Shown: one piece after another, positions 25,790 through 38,237 of the stretch | Layout: every line of letters begins with the position of its first letter | How positions within the stretch are numbered: position 1 is the stretch's first letter | Assembly: GCA_051294905.1 (NCBI GenBank) | Contig: CM119373.1 | Span: 4,714,001-4,778,000, forward strand | Source: Botryllus schlosseri | Taxonomy: Eukaryota | Direction of reading: 5' to 3' | Length of the DNA stretch: 64,000 nucleotides | Notes under the pieces: generated by a model | Database searches by the model: none | What the model was told of the DNA's origin: nothing | Seen by the model: the letters and a program-made list of their open reading frames with translations, nothing else | Translations under genes and position numbers: made by a program

Positions 25790-28700
25790 TATAAATGCAA
25801 CTTTTTACTTCAACTTTTGTCAAAAATAAATGCAACTTTCCACGGATTTAACTGCAACAAAAACTTGCCCTAGTTATCACTTATCACGGTGGAGCAGAGC
25901 TGATTGATCCAGAGATGATTTGAGTGAAATTTACGCCCGAAGCCCTTCCTGCTGCAACCATAACTATATATAAAAGTTTGAGCCTATTAGCAGTGTTTAC
26001 GCGAGTGGTTCAGTCGTTTAGATATGTTAGGCGGCAAATAAAACCGAATCCGTTCATTTTCGAGGCGTGAGGTCAGTTGATATGTAAATATTGAGGTTAT
26101 CCAGTCGGCACGCACCAATGAAATTAAAGAATAGTATAGTTGCATTTTGCTATAATTACTAGGGATGGTGTGAACCTCTGAAAGGTTCAGGTTCGTGTGA
26201 ACGCGAACCTTTTTGAAAGGTTCTGTGTGAACACGAACGTGAACCTCGTGACGTCATGTGACGTCATATTGCTAATTCCAGCCCTATCTTCCAATGAAGT
26301 GATAGCCTATATTAATGTACACGATACCTAGCGAAGACTCGGTCCACATAATGCCACAATGCTGAAGTACATATCGGCGTTTTAAACGTCGCTTTATGTA
26401 TCAACAGCGGTAATCAAAGGATACAATAATTGCGTAAAATCAATACATTCCGTCGCTTTGCCAACAATTTCGACGAGGACTTACCAAGGAATATAAGCTT
26501 ACGCCTTAACGGTCTTAGCCAGACCGGACAATGTGTTCGGAGTCTGAGTATTGCTACATTGATATTGAGCAGAGTGTACAACGGGTTTCAATACTCGCTA
26601 CGGATACCACAAACAACAACTAGTTATGCAGCAGTAGCAAGCACCTTAATCGCACGGATTTGGTTTTAATGATACAGTAAAGATATGAAGTCAAGATTGA
26701 CCCCGTACGCCCGTTCGATTTTTTACATCAGAAGACGATATCAATGTCATTGATTGGTTGAATGATTAAGCATCATTCGCTGACTACGTATATCGCTCGT
26801 GATGTTGTGTGATTGCGGGTCAAGCTCACAGCAGATAGTCACTAAATATTCACAAACGGAAAGCTGGTTATTCCGAGAACATTTTTGCAACAAAGCAACT
26901 AAAACTTTTAAGGTTGTCAAGGTGCATGGTGCATGCTCGTTAAGCGTTGATTTTTTATGCTGCCAGCACCATGCAAGGAGTGGCCCGCAGTTGAAATGCA
27001 ATAAATTTGAGCCAAAGATCTTATAATGGATTGAAAAATTACCTTGAATTGAAAATTACAATTTACCAAAAGGTTCACAGTGCAGAACCTACCAAGGTTC
27101 TGTTGTGAACACGAACCTCTAAATTTCCGAGGTTCACACACAGAACGCGAACGTGAACCTCACGTTCACACCATCCCTAATAATTACCGCTAACTGCCGA
27201 GAACGTGCAGAGACTCGACTCGACTCACATACACCTGAGGCTTGATCAGTGGTTTCCAACATTGGCGATATCGCCCCCAGTGGGCTATTTTAAGGAACAA
27301 GGGGGCGAAAATACCATATGGGGCGATTGGTGGCCGAAAATGTGAGAACGTAAGTAAGTTACATTTAATTGAAACGACAAAAATGCACACGTATACGGAT
27401 TACTAGGCATATAACGCGAAGGTTGACTAACAATGGTCAACTAAACGGAAAGTAGACGTCGAAAACGACTTTCCGTGCACCTGCTCGAAAGCAAATGACC
27501 CATTTCTAGTGAATACACCAGCGATCAGGGCTGTATCAATAAATTTCCCGTTTATATGTCTTCTTTTTAGGATCCGTAAATATAGGGGGGGGTTCTGTCG
27601 AGCTTGATTAGGGGGCCATGAGTCAAAAAGGTCGGGAACTACAACGTTAGATTGTAATTCATGAAAATACACGGCTTTCGTTCACAGTTTGGGTCATTTG
27701 TAATTTCTCTGCATAGAGCGGCGGAAGAAACTTTCGTGCTGCTATTGCATTGTTGATATTGTTGTATGCTAGCTGTATGTTGTTCAAACGCCGGTAATTT
27801 ATCGGGATCGTGGTAATTGGGTAAACAATCGGCTGCGTTGAAGGTCGGTGTCAGTGTCTGCAGCGGAAGCGATGCAGCGGCGATTATGTTGACTAGAAAT
27901 CGCAGATGATAATAACTGACAAGGTAATATGGGATTAGGACTCCTGGTGCTAAATCTATACTTGGGTTTGCATTGTTTTAACCAATTACTATCGAAATCA
28001 CATATTCACACGCTTATAATATCATGACGATTTGACAAAACGTATAATCCCCGTAATAACTGCGCAATCCTATCTAGCTGGCGCAAAGATGTATCTCAAT
28101 CAAAAGTTCGTGACGAAGAGAAATGTCATTTATAATCGTATGTCCGTTTCCACGAGCAATCTACGCTGTAGATAGTTGTACAGTTGATTAAAAAACCTAC
28201 ATTTAAACGAGCCATCATAGTAATACTGATGTTTTACATGCCTACCCTATTGCGCAATTAAAACCGATGACCTCAACATATCAAATTTTTCTTACGCCTA
28301 CCTACTGTTAGAGTAAATCAGATTTGACCTGCATAGCTCTGTAGATAGTGCTGCGCGCAATGCATTTTCACACCAGGTGTAGTCGGTAATAATAATTATT
28401 ATATTTTATTCTGGGTGCTCAAATAGACTTGCCGAATTGCGTTATTTACTCGACTGTTTATGATTTCGGACTGCTTACACTTCTCATTGACTATTTTAAA
28501 TTTCTTTGGCCAACCTAGGCCAAGAATATTTACTCGTTTACTTACTTGGAAATCGGTACATTTACGCCGTTATTTCTTCTTCAACGTAAGGGCCGACGAG
28601 GACTGCCTTGACTACTGCAAATTGCATAGTGCAATTTAAGCAAACTTGCAAATTTTTGTCAACCCAACGAATTTCAGGAACTTCAATCAGAATTCGCACT

Positions 28701-28860
28701 ATTGCGCAGGTACTCGGCATCGTGAACTTGTCCTCAAATCTAGGGAGCCGGGATGCGTTATTTCCTTCGTATACCACGTGGAATAAATTCTATACAAGCT
28801 TAGCGACTATACTTTCAAATGTTACTGACCGACTGCCCGATGCTATATTGAGATAACAAT
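25790..28860 (+). repeat. Low-copy repeat R, copy 1
   Basis: Collinear with 39025-44430 and 30925-32280 once insertions are removed. Confidence 0.85.
26160..27179. mobile_element. hAT-type MITE (TAGGGATG termini, GTGAAC subterminal motifs)
   Basis: TAGGGATGGTGTGAAC...GTTCACACCATCCCTA termini; TSD ATAATTAC; empty site in R copy 3 at about 39385. Confidence 0.9.
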
Positions 28861-31800
28861 ATATAGAATGTGAACTCAGCCGATATGGTTGTTGCATATA
28901 GAATGTGAACTCAGCCGATATGGTTGTTGCATATATAATAGCATCTTATGAAATACGTCGGAGCCAGAGCTATCCCTCAAATAACTGGCTCCAGCTCCGG
29001 CTCCGGCTGAATTTTATGTAGATATCCGGCTGCGGCTCCAGCTCCGGTAAAAAGGCACGGCGCCGGAGCCCTGGCTCCGGGCTCCGGCTCTGGCTCCAAA
29101 GCCCTGGATGATTCCTGACTGGAAATTGTGATTCGTACTTGGGCGCAATCTTTTTTAGAATTACTCGAACTCGGACTGAATGTGTGATAAATAAAAATGA
29201 CTCGAGTTGAGTCGGGTCAAACGTACAATCAGAGAAGGACTTGTAACGAGGAATGCCGTGACTTGGTACAACCGTGGACGCAACCAACTATCAAGCTGTT
29301 ATGGGGAATAGTAATATATCAAAATTTTATAGCTTGCGCTGCGTCCCGTATTAAACTATCTAAGCAGGCCGGTATGGCAACCATTGGCATTATGTTGCTC
29401 TTTGATGTTTCGTTAGTTAGGCCTACATCCTGCATCGTCTTCGGTATGTCATCGATGTTATTATTGCCAATTGAAGGTGGCGAGTAAAGTAGTGCCTTTG
29501 TCATATTCTAAAATATTCTTCCTATAATTGTGACACGTCAAATGTCCGCTATAACCTGCAAAATTATAATGCGACAGCTTTTGCGATGTCATGATGAATT
29601 TGTACTCTTGTATGGTGTCTATAACTAAGTATTTCGACAAACTATACCAAACTAAGTATTTCGACAAACTATACCAATAAGTAGGCCTAAAACAACAACT
29701 TTATTCAAATATTTGAAAATGTTAATTTTTTTCTTGCCATGCGGGAATTCCCAATAGTAAATTATATTGTCACGATGTGTGTGGAATTCAAGTCGGCAAG
29801 GTCCCGTTAAATAAGACGTAGTAGGAAAGACATTAAACACCTGCTGCGGTCCGCGGCTCCATCAAAAACTCTGGTCTATACATTTGCGAGCAAATATTGT
29901 CGACCATGAACATTACCAAGAGAAAGCTGCATTGCAATTTAACAGATTACTACTGGTTTCTACGTCCGACATGCAGCCAGAGTGCAAAGAACTTGTTGAC
30001 AATTATGATCGAGCACAGATGTCTCACTGACTTCAACAGCTATTGAAGAATTATACATTATTAAATTATTTGAATACTGATTTGGTCTCTATATGCTTTA
30101 ACGTTATAGTTTACATTAAATACAATATATCCCTTATGTAGGTGGATAAATCCGCGATTATTGTATCGATTCAAGCATCCCGATCGCCAGGTACTTGATT
30201 ATCCCCTATCAGGCCCGCCGACTTGAGTAGTTTCCCGCCACTGATCTAAATCCCCGCATCGAACGTGGACGTGTAGCCTATACACGCAATCATATGCTTG
30301 GCGCCTGGCCATGGAGAGTTCCATCGTCGTACACGTTTCAACATAGCTCCAGATTTCAAGTCATTATGTCACACCGGAAACTCTGCGATTTAAACTACTC
30401 GCGGCTCATCACCCGGAAAGTGTCGCTATCGATGTCTTTATCATTGCTGAAGTGAAGACAGCGATAGTATCATCCATTAACTCATGGATTAGTAACCTAT
30501 TTATCACGAGTCATATATGGCCTTCTGGTGATATGACATAGATCTTTGATAAAGTTCTTATTCTAAACTCAACACATGCGTTCTACTTACCAATTTTGCA
30601 GAAATAATATTTTGAATCTTTGTTGCGGCTGGAGTCGTTAATCTTATGAAAGATTAGACAAGGGTTTGTGAGTTTAATACAGCAGCGCATCCAGCGGATT
30701 ATCGATCCACCATCAATAAGGTCAATGTAACATCATGTCTGAGCTATTTACCAATAATGGCAAATAAATATATAATTTAAGTAACAAGGGCAATTCTGAC
30801 CCCCACGATTCGTGTGACGGCATTGCATCTTAGTACTGATGGGTTATGGGAGTTTGGCTAATTTTCGCGTGATGAAGTCGGAGTCGTGAAAACTGTGGTG
30901 AGTTAGGGTTAGGGTTATGGCCTACTCGACAAATGGCCTGTTTTTAGTGAATACACCAGCGATCAGAGATATATGAATAAACTTTGTGTTCATACATCTT
31001 CTTTTTAGGATTCGTAAATATGGGGGAGGGGCAAAATTTTTGTCGAGCTTGATTAGGGGGCGATGAGTAGAAAAGGTAGGGAACTACTACGTTAGATTGT
31101 AATTCATGAAAATACACGGCTTCAGTTTACAGTGTGGGTCATTTATGTCATTTTTTGGCATAGACCGGCGGAATAAACTCGCGTTCTGCTATTGTATTGC
31201 TGCTATAGTTGTATTCGAGCTATATGTTGTTTAAACGACGGTAATTTATCAGGATCGTGGTAATTGGGTAAGCAATCGGCTGCGTTGAAAGACAGTGTCT
31301 GTGTCTGTCTGCAGCGGAAGCGATGCCGCTGCGATTCGGCTGACTAGATATCGCAATTGATAATAATTGACTGACCAAAACTAGGTAATGTGGGATTCGG
31401 GCTCCAGGTGCTGAACCTATACCGGGGTTTGCATTGTTTTAACCAATCAATATCGACATCATATATTCAAACGCTTATAATATTATGACAATTCCACACA
31501 GCGTATAATCGCTGTAATAGCTGCGCAACCTTACCTGGCTGGGGAAAAGATGCATCTCAATCAAAAGTTCGTGATGAAGAAAAATGTCATTTATATTCGT
31601 ATGCCCGATTCCACGAGCAATCTACGCTGCATATAGTTGTACAGTTCCTTACAAATCTAAATTTAAATGAGCCATCATGGTAATACTGATGTTATACATG
31701 CTTACCCGATGGTGAAATTAAAAACGATGACTTCAAGATAGCAAATTTTGTCGTACGCCTACTCCTTGTTGGGGTAAATCCGACTTGACATAAGCCTGCA

Positions 31801-32919
31801 TAGCTCCGAAGGTAGTGATGCATGCAATGCATTTTCACACCGCAGGTGGTCAGTAATGGATTATCATACTTATTTATGTCGGGGTGCTCAAATAGACTTG
31901 CCTAATTGCGGTATTTACTCGACTGTTTATGATTTCGGACTGCCTACATTTCTCCTTGACAATTTTAGGTTTCTTTTGCCAACCTAGGCCGACGATGACT
32001 GCTTTGACCACTGCTGGTTGTCACCAGCGATGTTCGCATAGTGCAATTCATGCTAATTTGCTAATTTTAGACAACTCCACGAATTTCAAGGATTTAAATC
32101 AGAATTCGCGCTATTGCGCAGGTACTCGGAATCGTAAACTTGCAGCATTCAAATCTAGGGAGCCGGGATGCGTATTTCCTCTGTCTATCACGTGGAATAC
32201 ATTCTATTCAAGCTTAGCGACCATACTTTCAGATGCTACTGGACGACTGTCCCATGATATATTCGGATAACAATATATACATATAATTGCTGAATATCCG
32301 CATCAAGAAAACTTTTGGAAAAGTGATTCCTATTAATATATGTAGGTAACAATAAATAAGACGCTTCATCAACATTCTGCGTTCCCGAAATTCTGGCTAC
32401 GTCGATGTCGTGGTGGCGACTTGACACAACGGCATATTCTGGACCTCGTCTACACACGCCAGGTTTATATAATACGAGAGTATATATTTGCAACATAAAT
32501 ATACGATGGGCTAACGAACACAAAAAAGAATATATGTTCCATTGCGTATAATTCCATTCGACATCGTAGCTCGGAGACTTCGCTACCATCACGCCTTTGC
32601 CATAACGACCTTGACTCCGGGAGGGTAATCATGCAGCGAAATTGGCCTGCTCCGTGATTGCACTCCGGCGACAGATTGATTATTTCGCTTCCCCCTTCTT
32701 TTGTGCCAGTACGAATGGGCCAACTCGTCATCTTCGCGGATAGGTGCAAGCAATACCGGCTGTTCATTCTAACCTACTGTTATATAATGCGCCCGCGAAT
32801 AGCCTCCTGGGATTGGTATGGGATCCGATCGTCTTCTTGGTATGGTAGTTGATGATGCCGGTTTTGTTCTATTATTGCAACAGTCATCTTCGTATTGAGG
32901 CTTGCTGTTCTGCGTATTA

Positions 32920-33644
32920 CAGGGGTGGCCAACCTTTTTGGCCAAAGGGCCACATTTCATTGCCGAACCATCGCGCGGGCCACTAGCCGCGCAAAGCGCG
33001 AAAAATTTTCAAAGTTTATCGGTCAATATAATTGTTATATTGAGTATATTAAGGGTCTGCTGTATATTGCTGGGCTCAGTTTGCATGAACTGGACTATTC
33101 GGTGCCTGGACATATCGATATCTAAAGCTTCGGCGTACATGCGTTAATCATTTTATGCCTATGTTTCATTGTCAACGGTCTTTCTGCGAGTGCAAACGCA
33201 ATGTCACATGTTAAACGAAACTTTCTCTCGTAATTGCGATTATAATTAGACTTAATCTGGTGCATTGGGTGTTCTTTCATTTTCAGGAGAGGGTGACAAT
33301 ATTAAAAGCAAGATATCGAGTGACAACATATTGCGGGAAGCAGGAAGAAAGTTTTTACTTTAGATAAATCTACCGCAGAATATTCTGCTTTATTGTATTG
33401 TACGAAGGTCTACCAAAATTTGACTGGCTTATATTGATTTGCCAATGCGTCGAAACGGATATTTTGGTCATCACATCCCCAGTGCTGCGGCCAGACTAAT
33501 CAAATTTATGGTTGGCCATGCAAGTTCACAATCTGGGCAATCCATTTTTGGTAATATTACTAATTTCTAAAATTACCTCGCGGGCCACTCAATACCTTCT
33601 CGCGGGCCACATGTGGCCCGCGGGCTACGGGTTGGCCGGCCCTG
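32920..33644. mobile_element. hAT/Buster-like MITE
   Basis: CAGGGGTGGCCAAC...GTTGGCCGGCCCTG termini; TSD GCGTATTA; empty site in R copy 3 at about 45240. Confidence 0.9.
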
Positions 33645-34977
33645 GCGTATTACGATGCCGACGCGGGAAGATAGACATCTCAGAACCCATAATTTTATAT
33701 ATCTATATCGCTCCTCTGCAAGATAATATGTATAACTTCTATTCCAGTCGACCAGACTTTTATACTCCTCTTGTTCTGTAGTTCGACGCAGGTGAGCAAA
33801 TCCATTGCGATCTTTGAAAGCGGAGCTTTCCCGCTGCGCTTCCCCCATTATAGTTGTCTCGAATCGAATCGAATCGCTGCGCATATCCGGACTTATCACT
33901 TCATAAACATGATAAAATGTCTGGGCAAATTGCTGGGCATGATCAAGCTTGAGGGAGCGGGTAGGCCATTGCATGTGTCTGTTCGCCTATTTCGCAATAG
34001 TCTATAATGCGTCATTTTCTCTATTCAAAGAAGGTACCCATGGCCGCTTTTCCTACTATTCCTCATTTCCAGAGTCAAGTTCACATTCAATTTATGACGA
34101 ACAGACTTTTTTTTAATTTCCTTTTTTGTTCGCGACTGGGCAACTTGTTTTCAATTATGCTCAGCAGGCTTCACCTGTCCGTCGGTGCTCCACAATTCGA
34201 TTACCGAAATATCTTTCTTCGAGTTGACCAAGTTTACTCAGTGTTGTGGAGGGACACGCATCGTACGAATTAAAATATAGACATTCAATATATGATGAAC
34301 GGACGTTTTTAATTTTCCATTCTTGTGCGCGGGAGAGCAACGTGATTTCAATTAGGCTCAGCAGGCTTCACCTGTCAATCGAGCATTCACAATTCGATAT
34401 ACTAAAGATCCTTCTTTGAGTTCAAGTTTATTTAGTCATGTGGAGGGACACGCTGTGAATCTTCGGAGGTGACTTGGGATGGCATTGGACTCACTATTTA
34501 CGCATCTGTTGGCGACAAAATCGTACGCAATGAAATATAGACATTCCCGATATTGCATTAAGGTTTATACGATGAATTTGGTATCATATTGAATTATCAT
34601 GGTTGGTGATCAGCAGTGATCAATTGTTCGTGTATTCGAGCGCAACGCTACTGAACACTGATCAACCTGGGTTCTTCAGCCAGCACAAGTATGTTGTCAA
34701 ATTCAATCTATCCAATCATACAACATTAGTCATATATTCTGAGGGCGATGCAACTCAAATGATGACAAGAATGAATAAACTAGCGATGTCGTGAACGTGG
34801 TGAGGTTCACGTTCCCGTTCTACGTATGTAGCTGAGAAAATTTGAAGGTTCGCGTTCACAAACTAAATTTGATAGGATCTGCAATGTGAACCTTGTTCAT
34901 GTATTACTATTTGTCACGTCATGATAACGTGTCTTTGGTTGAAATTCCTTGCCTTTCAACTTCGGGCCACAACTGAT

Positions 34978-35253
34978 GTCGAGATAGCGCTACATTTACA
35001 AGTACAACACCAATGGGTTGTGGGTTTGTGGATTCGAGTCCAACCAAGGTAGACTTCAGAATTCCAGCCCAAGTGTTGGAGGTTTATCTGGGCTCATTTT
35101 CACCACGTGATCCGCCTAAGTGGTGTCTTATAGGATCCTTGAAGATGGCCGTGCTACAAGTCGGTAAACACGGAATCAAAAACAGAGACTACAGGTCTGG
35201 TATAAAAAATGTAGTCGAAACACCGTGGATATCAAGCAAACAAACAAACAAAC
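34978..35253 (+). mobile_element. tRNA-derived SINE
   Basis: Degenerate A box (TAGCGC) and B box (GATTCGAGTCC); (CAAA)n tail; degenerate TSD AACTTCGG; homologous to 46070-46343 and 48609-48879. Confidence 0.75.
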
Positions 35254-36847
35254 TTCGGACTACTCACCGCCAATCGCCGAAAGCATGAACAAAGAAACTC
35301 AACACTAAAGGAACACGCACCTTGCCACAAAACACGGTAACTCTACACTAGTTCATCCCAAAAGTCTTCGGCCCTGTTTTCCAGAAAACCATTCGGACAA
35401 ATTTCATCGTGAATTCTCATGATAAAGCCATACTTTCTGCATGTCTCGCTTATTCGCTGCAGTCCCGAACACACTGAACTTGGATATGTAAGAACTATCG
35501 CAGGATTTTTTGCAATAAATTCAACAAATATAACACACATATCAACAGATAGCTCTGACACCGTGTCGACCCAAAATTATGCCCTTTGCGGTTCATACTT
35601 TAATAAACCTTGAATGAGCAAAATTTTGCGTTACAGTAACAAATGTGAGTATCTAATCATGGTATTTATTTTACTATCCTCGTGCCTCGCGCTAATCGAA
35701 CAGTTATAACGAAAATATAATGATTGTTTAGCGCAAGAAAGCAGAATGTAAATTTGACGTCATTCATCCAGCCGGTCGCAGGCTCAGATGGGCTCATATA
35801 CTGTGTGTCTGCCACTACACCAGCTTCCAAACCACGCTTTTTGTTACGTATTATTTATAGTGCGAAAATATTAATTTACTACTGCTTGTGAGAGCTACGA
35901 TTAGTGGTGCGTCGTAATTAAACAAGTTTTTGCAATTGCGTCTCAACTTCAACAGTTACACTGCCCTTGAATTTCCTATTATGATTATTTGAATTATTCC
36001 ACGTCACAAAAATTAACAATTATTCACGATTTTCATTCGCACTCATCCGGATTCTTCATTCGCACCATTCGCACCACCTTCGTCATTCGCACTTAACTGG
36101 GATTTTCATTCGCACAACCGCGAACCCTCACACAGGTTGAAATCACTGTATTAGACTGTTGCCAGTGTGCAAATCCTAAGACCCACAGTATAGACAAGAA
36201 CAATAATCAATTGGGCGGGTCAGCGAGTCGTCGACGATCGCAATTCGCCAAATAGAGCGCGTCTTATCGTTTATCACACACAACACTAGAGCAAGTTTTT
36301 GCAACTTTTTTACAGCTTCCGACAGCTTCCTAGATAATCAGAATCTATGTACTTCGATGTTTTAAGGTGTCTGGAGGAATTTTATAGTGCAACGTTTTGC
36401 AACTTTTCTTTATTTCTCATGCCAATTTTTACTGCAACTTTTACCAAATGGTGCGTATAAATGTAAATGAGTGATTGAAAAACATGCCACAAACTATTTT
36501 TCGTATGGTTCTATTCTCTTTCATTTGCATCACAAAGAGCTATATCAGGGGTCGCCAACTCAAAATGGGTAGCGGGCCACTTTTCAAAATTTATAGAGGC
36601 CGTGGGCCGCATGACTTCATTATCGAGATACAAATAGACAACACCGTTTAACAACCACGTTTTGATAACTCTACGTCAGTACAACTCTGTGCTCTCTGAC
36701 ATGGGCGACGGGCATGGTTACCACAAAAGAAATAATATTTTATTGAAAAAATACAATTACAACAAAAAATATCATGATCATAAATTTCAATATATTTTGA
36801 ACTATGAGCTGCGTACGATACCGGACAACACTCTGCAGAAACTAAAA

Positions 36848-37678
36848 CAGGGGCGGCCAACCTTTTTGATATTGACGGCCGCATTTCAGTGCTTAATCGT
36901 AATGAATTAATCGGAGGCCAAAAACCCACGGTAAACTGTTCATATTTATTGCCGGTACACACCGTGCTAATCTATTCACTCACATCGGCTTACTTTGTGC
37001 ACCGAAATCGTGAGTAGCCATGTTATGAACAGACACAGTGATACGTTCTGTAGATGCGCGAAGCGCGATACTTTTTGAGTGAATTCCGTCATTAATATTA
37101 GTATAGTTTCACATATTACTATCAAATATATATCTTTTCCCGCAGCCCATGTGTTCAGATTCACTGGTAGATTAAACGCAGGGGGTTTCTACGAAAATTT
37201 AGGGAAGTTATTATTGCTGTGCTGCATCTTTGGGTGGGCCAATTGTTATTAGTCCCCTTTGCTGCATGCTTTTATTTCTTAACCTCCCATCGGGATTGTC
37301 GTTATCATACGGGAAATATGTTAGATTCGCTCAAACGTATAGGCCAGGCCTACCAGGCACAAATTTCCTTCGTGATGAGGAGAACACGATTACCAATTGG
37401 TATTTTGTTATGGAGCGCATAATTTTCCTCTGCTGTTCGCATCTGTACTGTGGAACTCAGATTACAAAGGACACTACTATATTAAAATCGAAATCAACTC
37501 GCATTAAACCACGCGCGACGCGAAGAAAATTTCAAGAATGAATTGAAGCCTCTCATTAATTATATAGGGATTCAATTCGTAAACTCAATTTGGGTATTGA
37601 CGGGCGCCGACACATAGTTTAATTCGGTATTGACGGCCGCATAATTTTCCTTCTACTGTCACAGATTGACCACCCCTG
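36848..37678. mobile_element. Nested hAT-type MITE
   Basis: CAGGGGCGGCCAAC...ATTGACCACCCCTG termini; imperfect TSD AACTAAAA/GACTAAAT. Confidence 0.7.
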
Positions 37679-37823
37679 GACTAAATAATCTATAATGGGG
37701 TTAGCTAGACACGGTACTTGCTGGAAAACCATTTCTCGTAAACTATGGTGTTTTGGACCGCAAAAATCGTTTTTCAAGCGCCTGGTCTTGGCAGTGGTGT
37801 GATATTGCATGTCCCGGCAATAT

Positions 37824-38237
37824 TAGGCTCACCATATTTTGGAAATCTAAAAAGAGCACACTTTTTCAGAAATTTGAGACATGCAAAACCGGTGAATTTT
37901 TCCCACTTTGTGATCGGTTGACTAAAAAAAGGTCATCTTTCGGCTCAGAGCTCAAAATACCGTTTTTCTCTCCGCATTGCTAGGTGGATCACTAGAAAAA
38001 GGTCGTCCTTCCGCTCAGAGCTAATATCACCGTTTTTCGCTCCGAAATACCCGCCGGAGCGTCACTTATGTGCTAATTTAGGACATATCACTCGCCATTT
38101 GCTCTGAATCTGACCTATATTTTCAAAAAAGAGGACAAAATCTCAAAAAAGAGGACAAAAGGGCGTCCTCCGAGGACACTTTCAAAAAAGTCACAAAAGA
38201 GTACAAATCTCTTAAAAGAGGACGTATGGTAACCCTA
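37824..38237. mobile_element. Nested TAGG-terminus MITE (family of 5761-6154, inverted)
   Basis: TAGGCTCACCATA...TATGGTAACCCTA termini; TSD GGCAATAT. Confidence 0.88.

Larger units (their letters stand above)
25159..30243 (+). mobile_element. hAT ends enclosing about 5 kb of rearranged cargo
   Basis: CAGGGGCGGGCAAC...GTTTCCCGCCACTG termini; TSD ATCTATAT/ATCTAAAT; internal segment 25351-25683 is duplicated at 29873-30193. Confidence 0.55.
30925..35335 (+). repeat. Low-copy repeat R, copy 2
   Basis: Collinear with 27480-28860 and 39690-46415. Confidence 0.85.

Noticed and set aside
35343..35561. Minus ORF ending EDFWDELV as a hAT transposase piece
   Set aside because: The only support is a short FW motif, which is too little to call
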